Of a DNA stretch of 64,000 nucleotides, positions 9,036 through 20,455 are shown piece by piece. How positions within the stretch are numbered: position 1 is the first letter of the stretch; each line of letters begins with the position of its first letter. The translations under genes were made by a program, and so were the position numbers. The notes under the pieces are model-generated. The model did no database searches. It worked only from the letters and a program-made list of their open reading frames with translations, and had not been told where the DNA came from. Location of the stretch: the NCBI GenBank assembly GCA_965248265.1, contig CBDFJF010000002.1:3552001-3616000 (forward strand). Reading direction: 5' to 3'. The stretch is from Candidatus Latescibacterota bacterium (GTDB lineage Bacteria > Latescibacterota > UBA2968 > UBA8231).

Positions 9036-12000
9036 CCGAAGCATCCGTTACCCGCAAACAGCTGGACATGAACGATCTGCGCGCTCGCCTCGCTGAGGGT
9101 GGTGGCCGGGACTACTGGCGCAGCCTGGAGGAGTTGGCTGAAACCGAGGAATTCGAGGAATTGCTCCACAGGGAATTCCCGGAGAGCGCCTCCGAGTGGA
9201 CCGACGGGGTGAGTCGGCGCAACTTTCTGAGGCTCATGGGTGCGTCGCTGGCATTTGGCGGCCTCACGAACTGTACCATCCAACCTGAGGAGAAGATCGT
9301 TCCCTGGGTAAGGGCACCGGAGAACCTGATTCCGGGCAGGCCACTGTTCTACGCCACCGCGATGCCTGTGGGCGGCATCGGCACGGGCATTCTGGTGGAG
9401 AGCCACATGGGGCGGCCCACGAAGATTGAGGGCAACCCCGGGCATCCCTCCAGTCTGGGCGGCACCGACGCCATCACCCAGGCCTCCATCCTCGACTTGT
9501 ACGATCCCGACCGCGCCACCGCGGTCAAGAACGCGGGTCGGATAGGCACCTGGAGCAGCTTCCTGCAGAGTCTCGACAAGGAGCTCTCTTTCCAGCGGCT
9601 GAAGAATGGAGCAGGACTGCGAATCCTCACCGAAACAGTAGGCTCACCCACGCTCGGACAGCAGCTGGGCTTCGTCCTGGAAGAGTTCCCAGAGGCTCAC
9701 TGGCATCAGTTCGAGCCTGCCAACCGGGATAATGTCCGAAACGGTTCAACGCTGGCTTTCGGTGAGCCCGTCAATACCTATTTCGATATCGCCAAGGCAG
9801 ATGTCATTCTCTCATTAGACGCCGACTTCCTCTACAGCGGCCCCGGCAGTGTGCGCTATGCCCGCGATTTTGCATCACGGCGGCGACCTCGCGATGGAAA
9901 GGGGGATGAGTTCAATCGGCTTTACGTCGCCGAGACATCCCCTTCCGCGACGGGGAGTATGGCCGATCACCGTGTCGCTCTGGACAGCGGCGCCATCGAG
10001 GCCTTCGCCTTGGCTTTGGCTGGGCAATTGGGAGTTAAATTCCGCGCCGAAGGAGAGATCCCGCCTTTCGACGACCGCACTGGATGGCTTGCGGCACTGG
10101 CGCGGGATCTGCGCAAGGCAGGCAGCTCCGGCCTCGTCATCGCCGGCGACTACCAGGCTCCCGTCCTGCACGCTCTGGCCCATGCCATCAACGACTCCCT
10201 CGGCAGCGTTGGTACGACAGTCTATTATACGGATCCGCTGGAAGTGGAACCCGTGGACGAATCCGAATCCATCCGGGAACTGGTGGCGTCCATGAAGGCC
10301 GATGAGGTGGAAGTCCTCATCATCGTGGGTGGCAATCCCGTCTTCAACGCACCGGCTGACCTCGACTTTGCCGAAGCCCTGGGCCATGTGGGGTTCCGGG
10401 CCCAGTTGAGTCCTTTCGAGGACGAGACCTCAGAGTTGTGCCACTGGCACGTGCCTGAGTCTCACTACCTGGAATCGTGGAGTGACATCCGCGCGTATGA
10501 CAGCACTGCCGCGATAGTGCAGCCGCTGATCCAGCCTCTCTACAACAGCAAGTCCGCCCACGAGTTGGTCGGGGCCATGATCGGCCAGGCCGGGTCTGGG
10601 ATCAGAGACCTTCTCAGGGAGTTCTGGCGACAAGAGACCTTCGCCGCGGATTTCGAGGAGTTCTGGGTTCGGGCTCTCCACGATGGCGTGCTCGCCGATA
10701 TGGCCTTCTACCCACGCCGGGTGAGCTTGCGTACTCCAATCAGAATCCCGACGGGATTCGCCCAACCCGCCGGTGAAGAGCAGATGGAACTCGCCCTGCG
10801 TCCCGATCCCCTGATATGGGATGGCCGCTTCGTCAACAACGGCTGGCTCCAGGAGACCCCCAAGCCAGTGACCAAGTTGACCTGGGATAACGCCGCTCTG
10901 GTGAGCCCGGAGACGGCCCAGAGACTGGGTCTCAAGAACGAGCAAGTGGTCGAACTGAGTCACGCTGGAAGATCCGTGAAAGCGCCTGTGTGGATCGTCC
11001 CGGGTCAGGCTCGTGAAGTCGTAACAGTTCAGCTCGGATACGGTCGCCGCCAGTCCGGTCGGGTGGGCCAAGGCATCGGATTCGATGCCAATGCGGTGCG
11101 GACGGCCGATAACATGTGGCGGGCAACAGGTCTGAAGGTTGTCATGTCCTTCGACCGGCATGCGCTCGCCTGCACCCAGGACCACCAGCTCATGGAAGAC
11201 CGACACCTGGTCAGGCACGCCGACATGGAGCACTATCGGCATCATCCCGAATTCGCTCAGCACGAGGTCCATGTGCCCCCTGCCTCTCTCACGCTCTTCA
11301 ACAATGGCGAATTCCAGTCCTCCACAGGCAACTCCTGGGGCATGGCCATCGATCTCAACGCCTGCATCGGTTGCAATGCCTGTGCCGTCGCCTGCCAGGC
11401 GGAGAACAACATTCCCATAGTGGGCAAGGAGGAAGTTCTCAACGGCCGAGAGATGCCGTGGATCCGCATTGATCGGTATTACGCGGGAGATCTGGACGAT
11501 CCCGAGATTCTCCACCAGCCTGTTCCCTGCCAGCAATGCGAAAACGCTCCTTGTGAGCTGGTCTGTCCGGTCGGGGCCACTTTGCACAGCGAAGAGGGCT
11601 TGAACGACATGGTGTACAATCGGTGCGTAGGAACCCGCTATTGTTCCAACAACTGTCCGTACAAGGTGAGACGGTTCAATTACCTCCAGTACGCGGATCG
11701 GGATACTCCCAGTCTCAAGCTCCAGCGCAACCCGGACGTGACCGTTCGGGCCCGGGGGGTCATGGAGAAATGCACGTACTGCACCCAGCGCATCAACGCC
11801 GCCCGCATCGTCGCAAAGAAGCGTGGCGGCCCCATACAGGATGGGGAAATCCAGACCGCCTGCCAGCAGGCGTGTCCTACTGAGGCCATTGTCTTCGGGA
11901 ACATCCAGGATGAGGACAGTCGAGTGTCCAAATGGAAGGGCTCGTCCCTGAACTACAGCATCCTCGCCGATCTGAACACCAGACCGCGCACGACCTACCT

Positions 12001-12040
12001 GGCCAGAGTCACCAACCCCAACCCCGAGATCAAGGGATAG
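9032..12040 (+). CDS. actB: Alternative complex III ActB (molybdopterin-oxidoreductase-like domain fused to Fe-S domain)
   Basis: YWRSLEEL, Tat motif SRRNFL, GRPTKIEGNP, C-terminal Fe-S cysteine motifs (CIGCNAC, CQQCENAPC, CVGTRYCSNNCP, EKCTYC); ATGA overlap with actA. Confidence 0.95.
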   Translation: MTEASVTRKQLDMNDLRARLAEGGGRDYWRSLEELAETEEFEELLHREFPESASEWTDGVSRRNFLRLMGASLAFGGLTNCTIQPEEKIVPWVRAPENLIPGRPLFYATAMPVGGIGTGILVESHMGRPTKIEGNPGHPSSLGGTDAITQASILDLYDPDRATAVKNAGRIGTWSSFLQSLDKELSFQRLKNGAGLRILTETVGSPTLGQQLGFVLEEFPEAHWHQFEPANRDNVRNGSTLAFGEPVNTYFDIAKADVILSLDADFLYSGPGSVRYARDFASRRRPRDGKGDEFNRLYVAETSPSATGSMADHRVALDSGAIEAFALALAGQLGVKFRAEGEIPPFDDRTGWLAALARDLRKAGSSGLVIAGDYQAPVLHALAHAINDSLGSVGTTVYYTDPLEVEPVDESESIRELVASMKADEVEVLIIVGGNPVFNAPADLDFAEALGHVGFRAQLSPFEDETSELCHWHVPESHYLESWSDIRAYDSTAAIVQPLIQPLYNSKSAHELVGAMIGQAGSGIRDLLREFWRQETFAADFEEFWVRALHDGVLADMAFYPRRVSLRTPIRIPTGFAQPAGEEQMELALRPDPLIWDGRFVNNGWLQETPKPVTKLTWDNAALVSPETAQRLGLKNEQVVELSHAGRSVKAPVWIVPGQAREVVTVQLGYGRRQSGRVGQGIGFDANAVRTADNMWRATGLKVVMSFDRHALACTQDHQLMEDRHLVRHADMEHYRHHPEFAQHEVHVPPASLTLFNNGEFQSSTGNSWGMAIDLNACIGCNACAVACQAENNIPIVGKEEVLNGREMPWIRIDRYYAGDLDDPEILHQPVPCQQCENAPCELVCPVGATLHSEEGLNDMVYNRCVGTRYCSNNCPYKVRRFNYLQYADRDTPSLKLQRNPDVTVRARGVMEKCTYCTQRINAARIVAKKRGGPIQDGEIQTACQQACPTEAIVFGNIQDEDSRVSKWKGSSLNYSILADLNTRPRTTYLARVTNPNPEIKG

Positions 12041-12057
12041 GCCCTCACAGCCGCACC

Positions 12058-13437
12058 ATGTCAGAGCAGGCAACGCGACAGCAATACACACCGCCTCCTC
12101 CCGAATTGGGTCCGGGTCAGACGTCCTACACGTCGATAACGGAGAAGGTAAGCTCTTTCGTTCTGACTCCCCACACACCGTGGCAGTGGTTCTTCGTCGT
12201 ATTCGTGGGTCTGATGGGGGTGGGACTCCTGCAGTTGGCCATCGGCTACTTGTTGTACGAGGGAATCGGCATCTGGGGTCTCAACGTCCCCGTCGGCTGG
12301 GGTTTCGCCATCGTCCACTTCGTCTGGTGGATAGGAATCGGCCACGCAGGCACGCTCATTTCCGCCATCCTTCTGCTCTTTCGCCAGAAGTGGCGCACCT
12401 CCATCAACCGGTCGGCCGAAGCCATGACCATCTTCGCCGTCATGTGCGCCGGCATGTTCCCCCTGATCCATACCGGGCGCCCCTGGTTGGCCATATACTG
12501 GCTATTCCCCTACCCGAACTCCATGGATGTATGGCCCCAGTTCCGATCTCCCCTGATCTGGGATGTCTTTGCGGTGAGCACTTACTTCACCGTATCGCTC
12601 GTCTTCTGGTATATGGGGATGGTTCCCGATCTTGCCACTTTTCGCGATCGAGCCAAGTCTCCGATCGTCAAGCGCCTGTACGGGATGTTCGCCATGGGCT
12701 GGCGGGGATCGGCCATCCACTGGGAGCGCTACGAGATGGCGTCCCTCATGTTGGCCGGCCTGGCCACCCCGTTGGTCCTGTCCGTGCACAGCGTCATAAG
12801 TCTGGACTTCGCCGTCTCGATCATACCCGGGTGGCACACCACGATTTTTCCTCCCTATTTCGTAGCTGGCGCCATCTACGCAGGATTCGCCATGGTGCTC
12901 ATTCTGGTGATTCCCCTGAGGCGGCTGTACGGATTGCAAGATTTCGTCACCATACGGCACCTGGAGAACATGGGCAAGGTGATGCTCACCGCCGGGCTTA
13001 TCGTCGCATACGGCTACTTCATGGAACAGTTTATAGCCTGGTATAGTGCCAGCGTTTATGAATCGTTCATGATGCACAATCGGATGTTCGGCCCGTATGG
13101 AAGCTACTACTGGGCCCTCATTCTCTGTAACATCCTCATTCCGCAGGCCCTGTGGTCCAAGAGGGTGCGACGGAACACCACCTGGCTCTTCTTTATCTCC
13201 GTGGTCATTAGCGTGGGCATGTGGCTGGAGCGATTCGTCATCGTCATTACCAGTCTGCACGCAGACTACATGCCCTCTTCCTGGGACATGTTCTACCCCA
13301 CCTTCTGGGATTGGGCCACCTACGCGGGTACCATAGGCTTCTTCCTCCTCGCGTTCTTTCTCTTCGTGCGAGCACTGCCATTGATCGCCGCCCACGAAAT
13401 CCGAACCCTTCTCCCCTTCGGGAAAAAGGTGAAATAG
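12058..13437 (+). CDS. actC: Alternative complex III ActC (NrfD/PsrC family)
   Basis: FVWWIGIGHAGTLISA, INRSAEAMT, HTGRPW, WHTTIFPPYFVAGA, MWLERF. Confidence 0.95.
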   Translation: MSEQATRQQYTPPPPELGPGQTSYTSITEKVSSFVLTPHTPWQWFFVVFVGLMGVGLLQLAIGYLLYEGIGIWGLNVPVGWGFAIVHFVWWIGIGHAGTLISAILLLFRQKWRTSINRSAEAMTIFAVMCAGMFPLIHTGRPWLAIYWLFPYPNSMDVWPQFRSPLIWDVFAVSTYFTVSLVFWYMGMVPDLATFRDRAKSPIVKRLYGMFAMGWRGSAIHWERYEMASLMLAGLATPLVLSVHSVISLDFAVSIIPGWHTTIFPPYFVAGAIYAGFAMVLILVIPLRRLYGLQDFVTIRHLENMGKVMLTAGLIVAYGYFMEQFIAWYSASVYESFMMHNRMFGPYGSYYWALILCNILIPQALWSKRVRRNTTWLFFISVVISVGMWLERFVIVITSLHADYMPSSWDMFYPTFWDWATYAGTIGFFLLAFFLFVRALPLIAAHEIRTLLPFGKKVK

Positions 13438-13464
13438 CGGGGCGTCGAACCTGCTTCGATACTT

Positions 13465-14007
13465 ATGAACCAGACTGGATCTGACACCTACGGCCTCATG
13501 GCCGAGTTCGAGACGCCCGAGGATCTGTTGGAGGCTGCCAGGCGCACCTACTCGGAAGGATACCGAACCATGGACGCCTACGCCCCTTTGCCCATCCACG
13601 GCCTGGCCGCTGCCATCGGATTTCCAAGAACCAATCTGCCCATCTTTACTTTCATCTGCGGTGCCGTGGGTGCGATCGCCGGGTACGCCATGCAGTACTG
13701 GATTCACGTCATCGACTTTCCCTTGAATATCGGTGGAAGACCGTTGCACAGTGGTCCCATGTTCATCCCCGTGACCTTCGAGTTGACCATACTGTTTGCC
13801 GCCTTGGGCACTTTCATAGGTCTGTGGATTCGCAACGGACTGCCCATGCCTTACCACCCGGTTTTTAATGTGGAAGGCTTCGAGCGCGCCAGTCAGGACC
13901 GTTTCTTCCTCTGCATCGAATCCGGGGATCCCCTCTTTAATGCCGATCGCACTGGCTCTTTCCTGCGGGGCTTGAATCCGGTAGAGGTATCGACCGTTGA
14001 CTGGTAA
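13465..14007 (+). CDS. actD: Alternative complex III ActD (DUF3341)
   Basis: AEFETPEDLL…P.PIHGL…IGGRP…FIPVTFELTIL; position in the operon. Confidence 0.92.
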   Translation: MNQTGSDTYGLMAEFETPEDLLEAARRTYSEGYRTMDAYAPLPIHGLAAAIGFPRTNLPIFTFICGAVGAIAGYAMQYWIHVIDFPLNIGGRPLHSGPMFIPVTFELTILFAALGTFIGLWIRNGLPMPYHPVFNVEGFERASQDRFFLCIESGDPLFNADRTGSFLRGLNPVEVSTVDW

Positions 14008-14008
14008 G

Positions 14009-14596
14009 ATGCCGCGATGGCGCCATAGAGCGGCCCTGCCTACAGCACTCGCCCTTGCAGGGGCGCTGCTCCTGGGTGGTTGCGAACTCCGGCAGGCAAT
14101 GTATGACCAGCCGAAGTACGAGAGTCTCGAGGCCTCCGACCTGTTCGAGGACGGACTTTCTGCCCGCCAACCTATGGAGGGAACGGTGGCCCGAGGACAG
14201 CTCCGCCTTGACACTCACCTGTATGAGGGTAAGGTGAACGGCGAGTTGGCAACCACCATGCCTCTGGCGCTCACAGACGAACTCCCCATCCGAGGCAGAC
14301 AGCGCTACGACATATTCTGTTCCCCTTGCCATGACCGCACGGGCACGGGCAACGGAATGATTGTAAAGCGCGGGCTCAAGCAACCTCCCTCATACCACAT
14401 CGACCGTCTTAGAGAGGTCCCTATCGGATACTTCTTCGATGTCATCACCAACGGCTTTGGTGCGATGTACGGTTATGCGGATAAAATTCCCGTCAAAGAC
14501 CGGTGGGCTATCGCCGCCTACATGCGCGCTCTCCAGTTCAGCCAGCGCGCCCGGTTCGACGAACTGCCCGCAGAGGATCAGAGGCAGCTACAATGA
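14009..14596 (+). CDS. actE: Alternative complex III ActE monoheme cytochrome c lipoprotein
   Basis: Lipobox LLGGC, MYDQPKY, GTVARG, CSPCH, DRWAI. Confidence 0.92.
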   Translation: MPRWRHRAALPTALALAGALLLGGCELRQAMYDQPKYESLEASDLFEDGLSARQPMEGTVARGQLRLDTHLYEGKVNGELATTMPLALTDELPIRGRQRYDIFCSPCHDRTGTGNGMIVKRGLKQPPSYHIDRLREVPIGYFFDVITNGFGAMYGYADKIPVKDRWAIAAYMRALQFSQRARFDELPAEDQRQLQ

Positions 14597-15801
14597 ACCA
14601 GGAGATTATTCGACAGTCGGAGGCCCTGAAGCCGCAGTTCGACTCCTATAGGAAGAAAGCCCTCGTCTGCGGCTTGGTGGCGGCCGCCTTCGCGATCTTG
14701 GGGTTATTCCTCGACCACGACCAGTTTTTTCGATCTTACCTGCTGGCTTTCGTCTACTGGGTGAGCCTGTCCCTGGGCAGTCTCCTGCTCCTCATGACTC
14801 ACCACCTGGCGGGAGGAAGGTGGGGATTCGCTATTCGTCGTCTCCTGGAAGGTGGTACGCGGACTCTGCTACTCATGTTCGTGCTGGGCATCCCCGTGCT
14901 GCTGGGTATTCACGAGCTCTACGAGTGGAGTCACGAAGATGTAGTGGCCGGCGACGAGATCCTCCAGATGAAGGCCTCGTTTCTGAATCCGACTTTCTTC
15001 GTGATCCGCTACGTCATCTATTTTCTGATATGGGGCGCTATGGCTGCCCTCCTCAACAGGTGGACAGCTGAGCAGGACTCCACGACGGAGACCTCCCCCA
15101 CGCGGAGAATGCAGATCCTGAGCGGGCCGGGAGTAGTCGTGTTCGTCCTCGTCGCCACCTTCGCCGCCACCGACTGGATCATGTCCCTGGAACCTCACTG
15201 GTTTTCCACCATCTACGCGGCTATTTACATCATCGGACAGATCCTGCTGACGTTTGCCTTTATGACCCTGGTGGCCGTCCGACTGTCGCGATACCAGCCT
15301 TTGAGTGCGCTGCTGACCAACGACCGTTTGAGAGATCTGGGTACCTTCATGCTCGCCTTTGTCATGCTCTGGGCTTACACCTCCTTCTCCCAGTTTCTCA
15401 TCATCTGGTCCGGCAACCTTCCCGAGGAAATCACTTGGTACTATACCCGTCTCACGGGCGGCTGGCAGCACGTGGGGTATCTGTTGGTGTTTTTTCATTT
15501 CGGCCTGCCTTTTGTTCTGCTAGTCTCCAGCCGACTCAAGGCACGAATCCCCATTCTGGTCTCCATTGCAGCCGGCCTAATGGCCATGCGGCTGCTGGAC
15601 CTTTTCTGGATCACTGCCCCTGCTTTCGATAAGACGGGCTTCACCATCCACTGGCTGGACGTGGTGCTGCCCATCGCCATGGGCGGCCTCTGGTTGTACG
15701 TCTTTTACGGGCAGCTGAGGAAGCGATCCCTCGTCCCCCTGAACGATCCGCGCTTCGATTTCTCCGCTCTTGCCGCCGCCAGCGAGGAAGCCCATGGCTG
15801 A
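14593..15801 (+). CDS. actF: Alternative complex III ActF membrane subunit
   Basis: DWIMSLEPHWFST, LWAYTSFSQFLIIWSGNLPEE motifs; about 10 TM helices. Confidence 0.92.
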   Translation: MNQEIIRQSEALKPQFDSYRKKALVCGLVAAAFAILGLFLDHDQFFRSYLLAFVYWVSLSLGSLLLLMTHHLAGGRWGFAIRRLLEGGTRTLLLMFVLGIPVLLGIHELYEWSHEDVVAGDEILQMKASFLNPTFFVIRYVIYFLIWGAMAALLNRWTAEQDSTTETSPTRRMQILSGPGVVVFVLVATFAATDWIMSLEPHWFSTIYAAIYIIGQILLTFAFMTLVAVRLSRYQPLSALLTNDRLRDLGTFMLAFVMLWAYTSFSQFLIIWSGNLPEEITWYYTRLTGGWQHVGYLLVFFHFGLPFVLLVSSRLKARIPILVSIAAGLMAMRLLDLFWITAPAFDKTGFTIHWLDVVLPIAMGGLWLYVFYGQLRKRSLVPLNDPRFDFSALAAASEEAHG

Positions 15802-16210
15802 GCCGATTGCACCTGAGAGTGAGAAGGACGCTCGTGGATACGAGCAGTCGGATGCATCGGCCGGCCCGATGGCAAAGGTGGCCATCGCCCTGGCGGTTTC
15901 TCTGGTGTGTATCTTCGTCGGGATCCTGGTTCTTTTCAAAGTGTTCAGCTATGCGCAACCTCGGCTGTTCGATCGGGAGCCTCACCCGCTGGCCCAGACC
16001 AGGCAACTGGCCTCCGGGACCCGCCTGCAGCTTGATCCTCCGCAGCTGAAGATCGACATGCTGGCCAACGAGAACGAGGTGTTGACTACCCACGCCTGGG
16101 TAGACCGCGAACAGGGGCTTGTGCGCATTCCCATAGATCGAGCCATCTCCATTCTGGCGAAATCGGGCCGACTGCCGCAGAAAACGGACAGCACGGAGGT
16201 CGAGCAGTAG
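15794..16210 (+). CDS. Probable ActG-like single-TM subunit
   Basis: YEQSD N-terminus, one TM helix, WVD…VRIPIDRA C-terminus; lies between actF and SCO. Confidence 0.7.
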   Translation: MAEPIAPESEKDARGYEQSDASAGPMAKVAIALAVSLVCIFVGILVLFKVFSYAQPRLFDREPHPLAQTRQLASGTRLQLDPPQLKIDMLANENEVLTTHAWVDREQGLVRIPIDRAISILAKSGRLPQKTDSTEVEQ

Positions 16211-16212
16211 CG

Positions 16213-17103
16213 ATGATCGCCGTTGACTCCGCCCGATTCAATCTCCGTGCACGAAGTGCGGACGCCTGTCGCAAGACCGGGAGGCGCGGCGCTGTGAGTG
16301 CGGTCGCCGTCGTCGCCATCCAGACGTGTGTGGCCGGTGCACAGCCCCTCGACTCGCAGTTGCTGGACCAGATCGGGCTGGATCAGAATCTGGAGACGCA
16401 AATACCTCTCGACCTCACCTTTTCCGACGACAAGGGCCGCACGGTCGCCATCGGAGACCTCCTGGGTGACAGGCCGGCTCTGCTGACCTTGGTGTATTAC
16501 GAGTGCCCCATGCTCTGCACCCAGATCCTCAATGGACTGACGCGCAGTTTGCGCGTGCTCTCCTTCGATGTGGGGAAAGAGTTCGATGTTATCACCGTCA
16601 GCATTGACCCGGATGAGACTTCGAGTCTAGCCGCGGCGAAGAAGAAGGAGTACGTGAAGCGCTACGGCCGGACCAGCGCCGATCGTGGGTGGCACTTTCT
16701 CACTGGACGCCAGGATCAGATCGACCGACTGGCACAGGCCGTGGGATTCCGTTATCAATACGACCCGGAAACCGATCTGTACCTTCACGCCAGCGGCATT
16801 ATGCTGCTGACCCAAGAGGGAAAGCTGGCCCGTTACTTCTATGGAGTCGAATACGCTCCCAAGGACGTGCGTCTTGGACTCATCGAGGCATCGCAGGGCA
16901 GGATCGGCTCTCCGGTGGACCAGTTGCTCTTGTTGTGCTATCAGTACGACCCGTCAACCGGGAAGTACGGTCTGGTAATAATGAATTCCGTGCGCATCGC
17001 CGGCGGGCTGACGGTAGTGACAATAGTGTCTTTCATTGTCCTCATGCTGCGCCGGGAGCGCCGCGCGAAACTGAGGCACCGGACCGCCGAGCTCCCTGCA
17101 TAG
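16213..17103 (+). CDS. SCO1/SenC copper chaperone
   Basis: YYECPMLC (CxxxC), downstream His (HASG), C-terminal TM helix. Confidence 0.92.
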   Translation: MIAVDSARFNLRARSADACRKTGRRGAVSAVAVVAIQTCVAGAQPLDSQLLDQIGLDQNLETQIPLDLTFSDDKGRTVAIGDLLGDRPALLTLVYYECPMLCTQILNGLTRSLRVLSFDVGKEFDVITVSIDPDETSSLAAAKKKEYVKRYGRTSADRGWHFLTGRQDQIDRLAQAVGFRYQYDPETDLYLHASGIMLLTQEGKLARYFYGVEYAPKDVRLGLIEASQGRIGSPVDQLLLLCYQYDPSTGKYGLVIMNSVRIAGGLTVVTIVSFIVLMLRRERRAKLRHRTAELPA

Positions 17104-17156
17104 GTAATCCGGTGTGCCATCGAGGTGTGACGAATCGTGAGATTAGCTGACTGAAG

Positions 17157-18092
17157 ATGTCCGACCACTTTCCACTATTTCCCGAGCAAGCCTCTACCTT
17201 TGCACTACAGGTGGATGGCCTCTATTTTTTATTGCTCTCCTTGGGTGCGTTCTTCGCGATAGGTGTGGTCTTCTTCATCATCCTGTTTGCGGCCAAATAC
17301 CGACGGCGATCCGAGGACGAGCGCCCGAAACCGATCGAAGGCTCCATCCCACTCGAATTGGCCTGGAGTATCATTCCTCTAGTGCTCTCCGTCGTGGTTT
17401 TTACCCTCGGTGCGGGAGTCTTTTTCAGGATGTACAGTGCCCCGGCGAATGCGATTGATATCAACGTCGTTGGCAAGCAATGGATGTGGAAGATCCAGCA
17501 CCCTCAGGGCAAGCGCGAGATCAATGAGTTGCACGTTCCGGTAAACCAGCCTGTACGGCTTACGCTGGCCTCAGAGGACGTGATCCACGCCTTTTTCGTC
17601 CCCGCCTTCCGGGTCAAGAAAGACGTGGTTCCCGGGCGATATAACACCATGTGGTTCGAGGCCACGAAGGTGGGAGAGTACCACCTCTTCTGCGCCGAAT
17701 ACTGCGGCACTCAGCATTCCGGTATGACCGGGCGCATCGTCGTCATGGAACAGGAGGAGTTTCAGGCCTGGCTAAGCGGCGGAGCTACGGGCGAAACCAT
17801 GGTGGAAGCGGGAGCCCGCCAGTTCCAGCAACTGGGTTGTGAGACGTGTCACAAGGAGTCCGGCCAGGGAAGGGGTCCGAAATTGATGGGTCTGTTTGGG
17901 ACTCCGGTACAAATCACTACGGGAGAAACAGTGCTCGCTGACAAGGATTATCTGCGCACCTCGATCCTGGACCCCGGCAGCCAAATCGTTGGAGGGTACA
18001 AGCCTATCATGCCCACCTTCCAGGGACAGATCAGCGAGGAGACGCTGATGCAGATTATCAGCTACATCCAATCTTTGAGTGATTCCGAGTAA
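17157..18092 (+). CDS. coxB: Cytochrome c oxidase subunit II with fused cytochrome c (caa3 type)
   Basis: CuA motif DVIH…CAEYCGTQHSGM; C-terminal CETCH…MP. Confidence 0.96.
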   Translation: MSDHFPLFPEQASTFALQVDGLYFLLLSLGAFFAIGVVFFIILFAAKYRRRSEDERPKPIEGSIPLELAWSIIPLVLSVVVFTLGAGVFFRMYSAPANAIDINVVGKQWMWKIQHPQGKREINELHVPVNQPVRLTLASEDVIHAFFVPAFRVKKDVVPGRYNTMWFEATKVGEYHLFCAEYCGTQHSGMTGRIVVMEQEEFQAWLSGGATGETMVEAGARQFQQLGCETCHKESGQGRGPKLMGLFGTPVQITTGETVLADKDYLRTSILDPGSQIVGGYKPIMPTFQGQISEETLMQIISYIQSLSDSE

Positions 18093-18116
18093 GGTCCGGG
18101 TGGAAAGCAGATAGAG

Positions 18117-19814
18117 ATGACAACCGACACAGCAATCACCCACACCAACGGCAGGGACGTTAACTACCTGAACGCCAGTTACGGCATCAAGTCCTGGCTT
18201 CTGACCCTCGACCACAAGCGCGTCGGCATACTCTATCTGGTTATGACGACGGTCTTCTTCATGATCGGCGGGATCTTCGCCTCTCTTATTCGTCTCGAGC
18301 TACTGACCCCTCAGGGTGATGTGTTCGAATCAGATACGTATAACAAGCTGTTCACCATGCACGGCGTGGCGATGATCTTCTTCTTCCTCATTCCCTCCGT
18401 GCCGGCTATACTGGGAAACTTCCTCTTGCCGATCCAGATCGGCGCTCGGGATGTTGCGTTTCCCAAGCTCAACCTTCTCAGCTGGTACTGCTACATGGTC
18501 GGCGGCACCGTGGCCACGGTCGCCATCGTCGCGGGCGGTGTCGACACGGGATGGACCTTCTATACGCCTTACAGCAGCACCTACTCCAGCTACTACGTGG
18601 CACTGGCTCTCACCGGCGTATTCATCAACGGCTTCTCTTCCATCCTCACCGGTGTCAACTTCCTGACCACCGTCCACAAGATGCGTGCCCCGGGCATGAC
18701 GTGGTTCCGGCTGCCGCTTTTCATCTGGGCGCAGTACGCCTCCAGCATCATCATGATCCTGGGCACACCGGTCGTGGCGATCACGCTCCTGCTCGTGGCT
18801 CTGGAGAACCTGCTCGGAATTGGGATTTTCGATCCGGCCCTGGGTGGTGACCCGATCCTGTTTCAGCACATGTTCTGGTTCTACTCACACCCGGCGGTGT
18901 ACATCATGATCGTGCCCGGTTTCGGTGTGATCAGCGAGGTGATCGCCTGTTTCGCCCGCAAGCGCATTTTCGGTTACTCCTTTGTCGCTTTTTCCAGCCT
19001 GGCTATCGCGCTTCTCGGCTTTCTGGTATGGGGGCATCACATGTTCACCACCGGTCAGTCCATGTACGCCGGCATGGTGTTCTCCTTTATCTCCTTTCTC
19101 GTGGGGGTCCCAACCGCGGTTAAGATCTTCAACTGGACCGCCACCCTGTACAAGGGGTCGATCTCCTTGGAGACCCCCATGTATTATGCCCTGGGATTCA
19201 TAGGCCTGTTCCTCCTTGGCGGCCTCACTGGCCTGTTTCTGTCCACCATCGCCGTGGACATCCATCTCCACGACACCTACTTCGTGGTCGCTCACTTTCA
19301 CTTTGTTATGGTGGGAGGGATGGTGATGGCATACCTGGCCGGAATCCACTTCTGGTGGCCAAAAATCACCGGCCGCATGTACTCCGAAGGATGGGCCAAG
19401 GCCAGTGCCCTTCTGATCTTCTTCGGATTCAACCTCACCTTCTTCCCCCAATTCGTTCTCGGGTATCTGGGAATGCCCCGAAGATACCACGTATACCCGG
19501 AGGAATTCCAGATCCTCAACGTCATGTCAACGGCAGGAGCTAGCATTCTGGCCGCGGGCTATGTGATCCTCTTTGCCTACCTGATTGTCTCCCTGTTCGC
19601 GGGGCGCAAGGCTGGCTCGAACCCCTGGCGAGCCGTTGGGCTGGAGTGGGAGATACCCTCCCCCCCCGGTCTTCACAACTTCGATGGTACACCGATAGTG
19701 ACGAGGGAAGCCTACGCGTACGAGGAAGAGGATGTCACCCGCGCTGATGCCGGTGCCCCCGCCGGGGAACAGATGCCTCAAGATGCAGATACGCGTAGAG
19801 GCCCAGACCGATGA
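18117..19814 (+). CDS. coxA: Heme-copper oxidase subunit I, A2 type
   Basis: DHK, TMHG, YSHPAVY (YS motif), WGHH, AHFH, K-channel Lys (TAVK). Confidence 0.97.
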   Translation: MTTDTAITHTNGRDVNYLNASYGIKSWLLTLDHKRVGILYLVMTTVFFMIGGIFASLIRLELLTPQGDVFESDTYNKLFTMHGVAMIFFFLIPSVPAILGNFLLPIQIGARDVAFPKLNLLSWYCYMVGGTVATVAIVAGGVDTGWTFYTPYSSTYSSYYVALALTGVFINGFSSILTGVNFLTTVHKMRAPGMTWFRLPLFIWAQYASSIIMILGTPVVAITLLLVALENLLGIGIFDPALGGDPILFQHMFWFYSHPAVYIMIVPGFGVISEVIACFARKRIFGYSFVAFSSLAIALLGFLVWGHHMFTTGQSMYAGMVFSFISFLVGVPTAVKIFNWTATLYKGSISLETPMYYALGFIGLFLLGGLTGLFLSTIAVDIHLHDTYFVVAHFHFVMVGGMVMAYLAGIHFWWPKITGRMYSEGWAKASALLIFFGFNLTFFPQFVLGYLGMPRRYHVYPEEFQILNVMSTAGASILAAGYVILFAYLIVSLFAGRKAGSNPWRAVGLEWEIPSPPGLHNFDGTPIVTREAYAYEEEDVTRADAGAPAGEQMPQDADTRRGPDR

Positions 19815-20455
19815 GCTCGCACTCCCATTCTCCAGCCCTGAATCACCAGTTCGACGATCTGCAGCAGCAGTACGAAGCCGCCAACATGGGTATGTGGGCC
19901 TTCATCGCCCAGGAGATCATGTTCTTCGGCGGACTCTTCGGCGGATACGCCGTATACCGCTACAAGTATCTGGCTGCGTTCGCTGAGGGCAGCAACCATC
20001 TCCCGATCGAGTTGGGCGCGCTCAACACGGCGGTTCTGATCGCCAGCAGCTTTACCATGGCCATGGCAGTTCGAGCCGCCCAGCAAGGAGAGAAGGACGG
20101 ACTCCTGCGGTGGATTCTGGCCACCATGACTCTGGGTACGATCTTCCTGGTCGTCAAGGTCTTCGAGTATGCTGACAAGTATCACCATGGTCTCGTGCCG
20201 GGAGTTTCTTTTGACGGCTCGGGCCAGATGAAGATCTTCTTTTCATTCTACTTCGCCATGACGGGTATGCACGCCCTGCACATGATCATCGGGCTGGGAA
20301 TCATGATTTGGCTGATTCCGAAGATCCGTCGGGGCATCTATACGCGTGAATACTTCTCCCCGATCGAGAACTTCGGCCTCTACTGGCACTTCGTCGATAT
20401 CGTTTGGATCTTTCTGTTTCCTCTGCTGTACCTGATCGGACGGGAGCCGTGGTAA
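19811..20455 (+). CDS. coxC: Cytochrome c oxidase subunit III
   Basis: [31 protein letters not shown]. Confidence 0.95.
   Translation: MSSHSHSPALNHQFDDLQQQYEAANMGMWAFIAQEIMFFGGLFGGYAVYRYKYLAAFAEGSNHLPIELGALNTAVLIASSFTMAMAVRAAQQGEKDGLLRWILATMTLGTIFLVVKVFEYADKYHHGLVPGVSFDGSGQMKIFFSFYFAMTGMHALHMIIGLGIMIWLIPKIRRGIYTREYFSPIENFGLYWHFVDIVWIFLFPLLYLIGREPW

Noticed and set aside
9032-12040. ActB as a catalytic molybdoenzyme such as a nitrate or polysulfide reductase
   Set aside because: The fused architecture and actA/C/D/E/F context identify ACIII, whose ActB is not known to bind a Mo cofactor
10430-14214. Long antisense ORFs (10430-12178 and 12502-14214) and similar shadow ORFs elsewhere
   Set aside because: They lie opposite well-supported act genes, have no motifs, and are expected in GC-rich coding DNA
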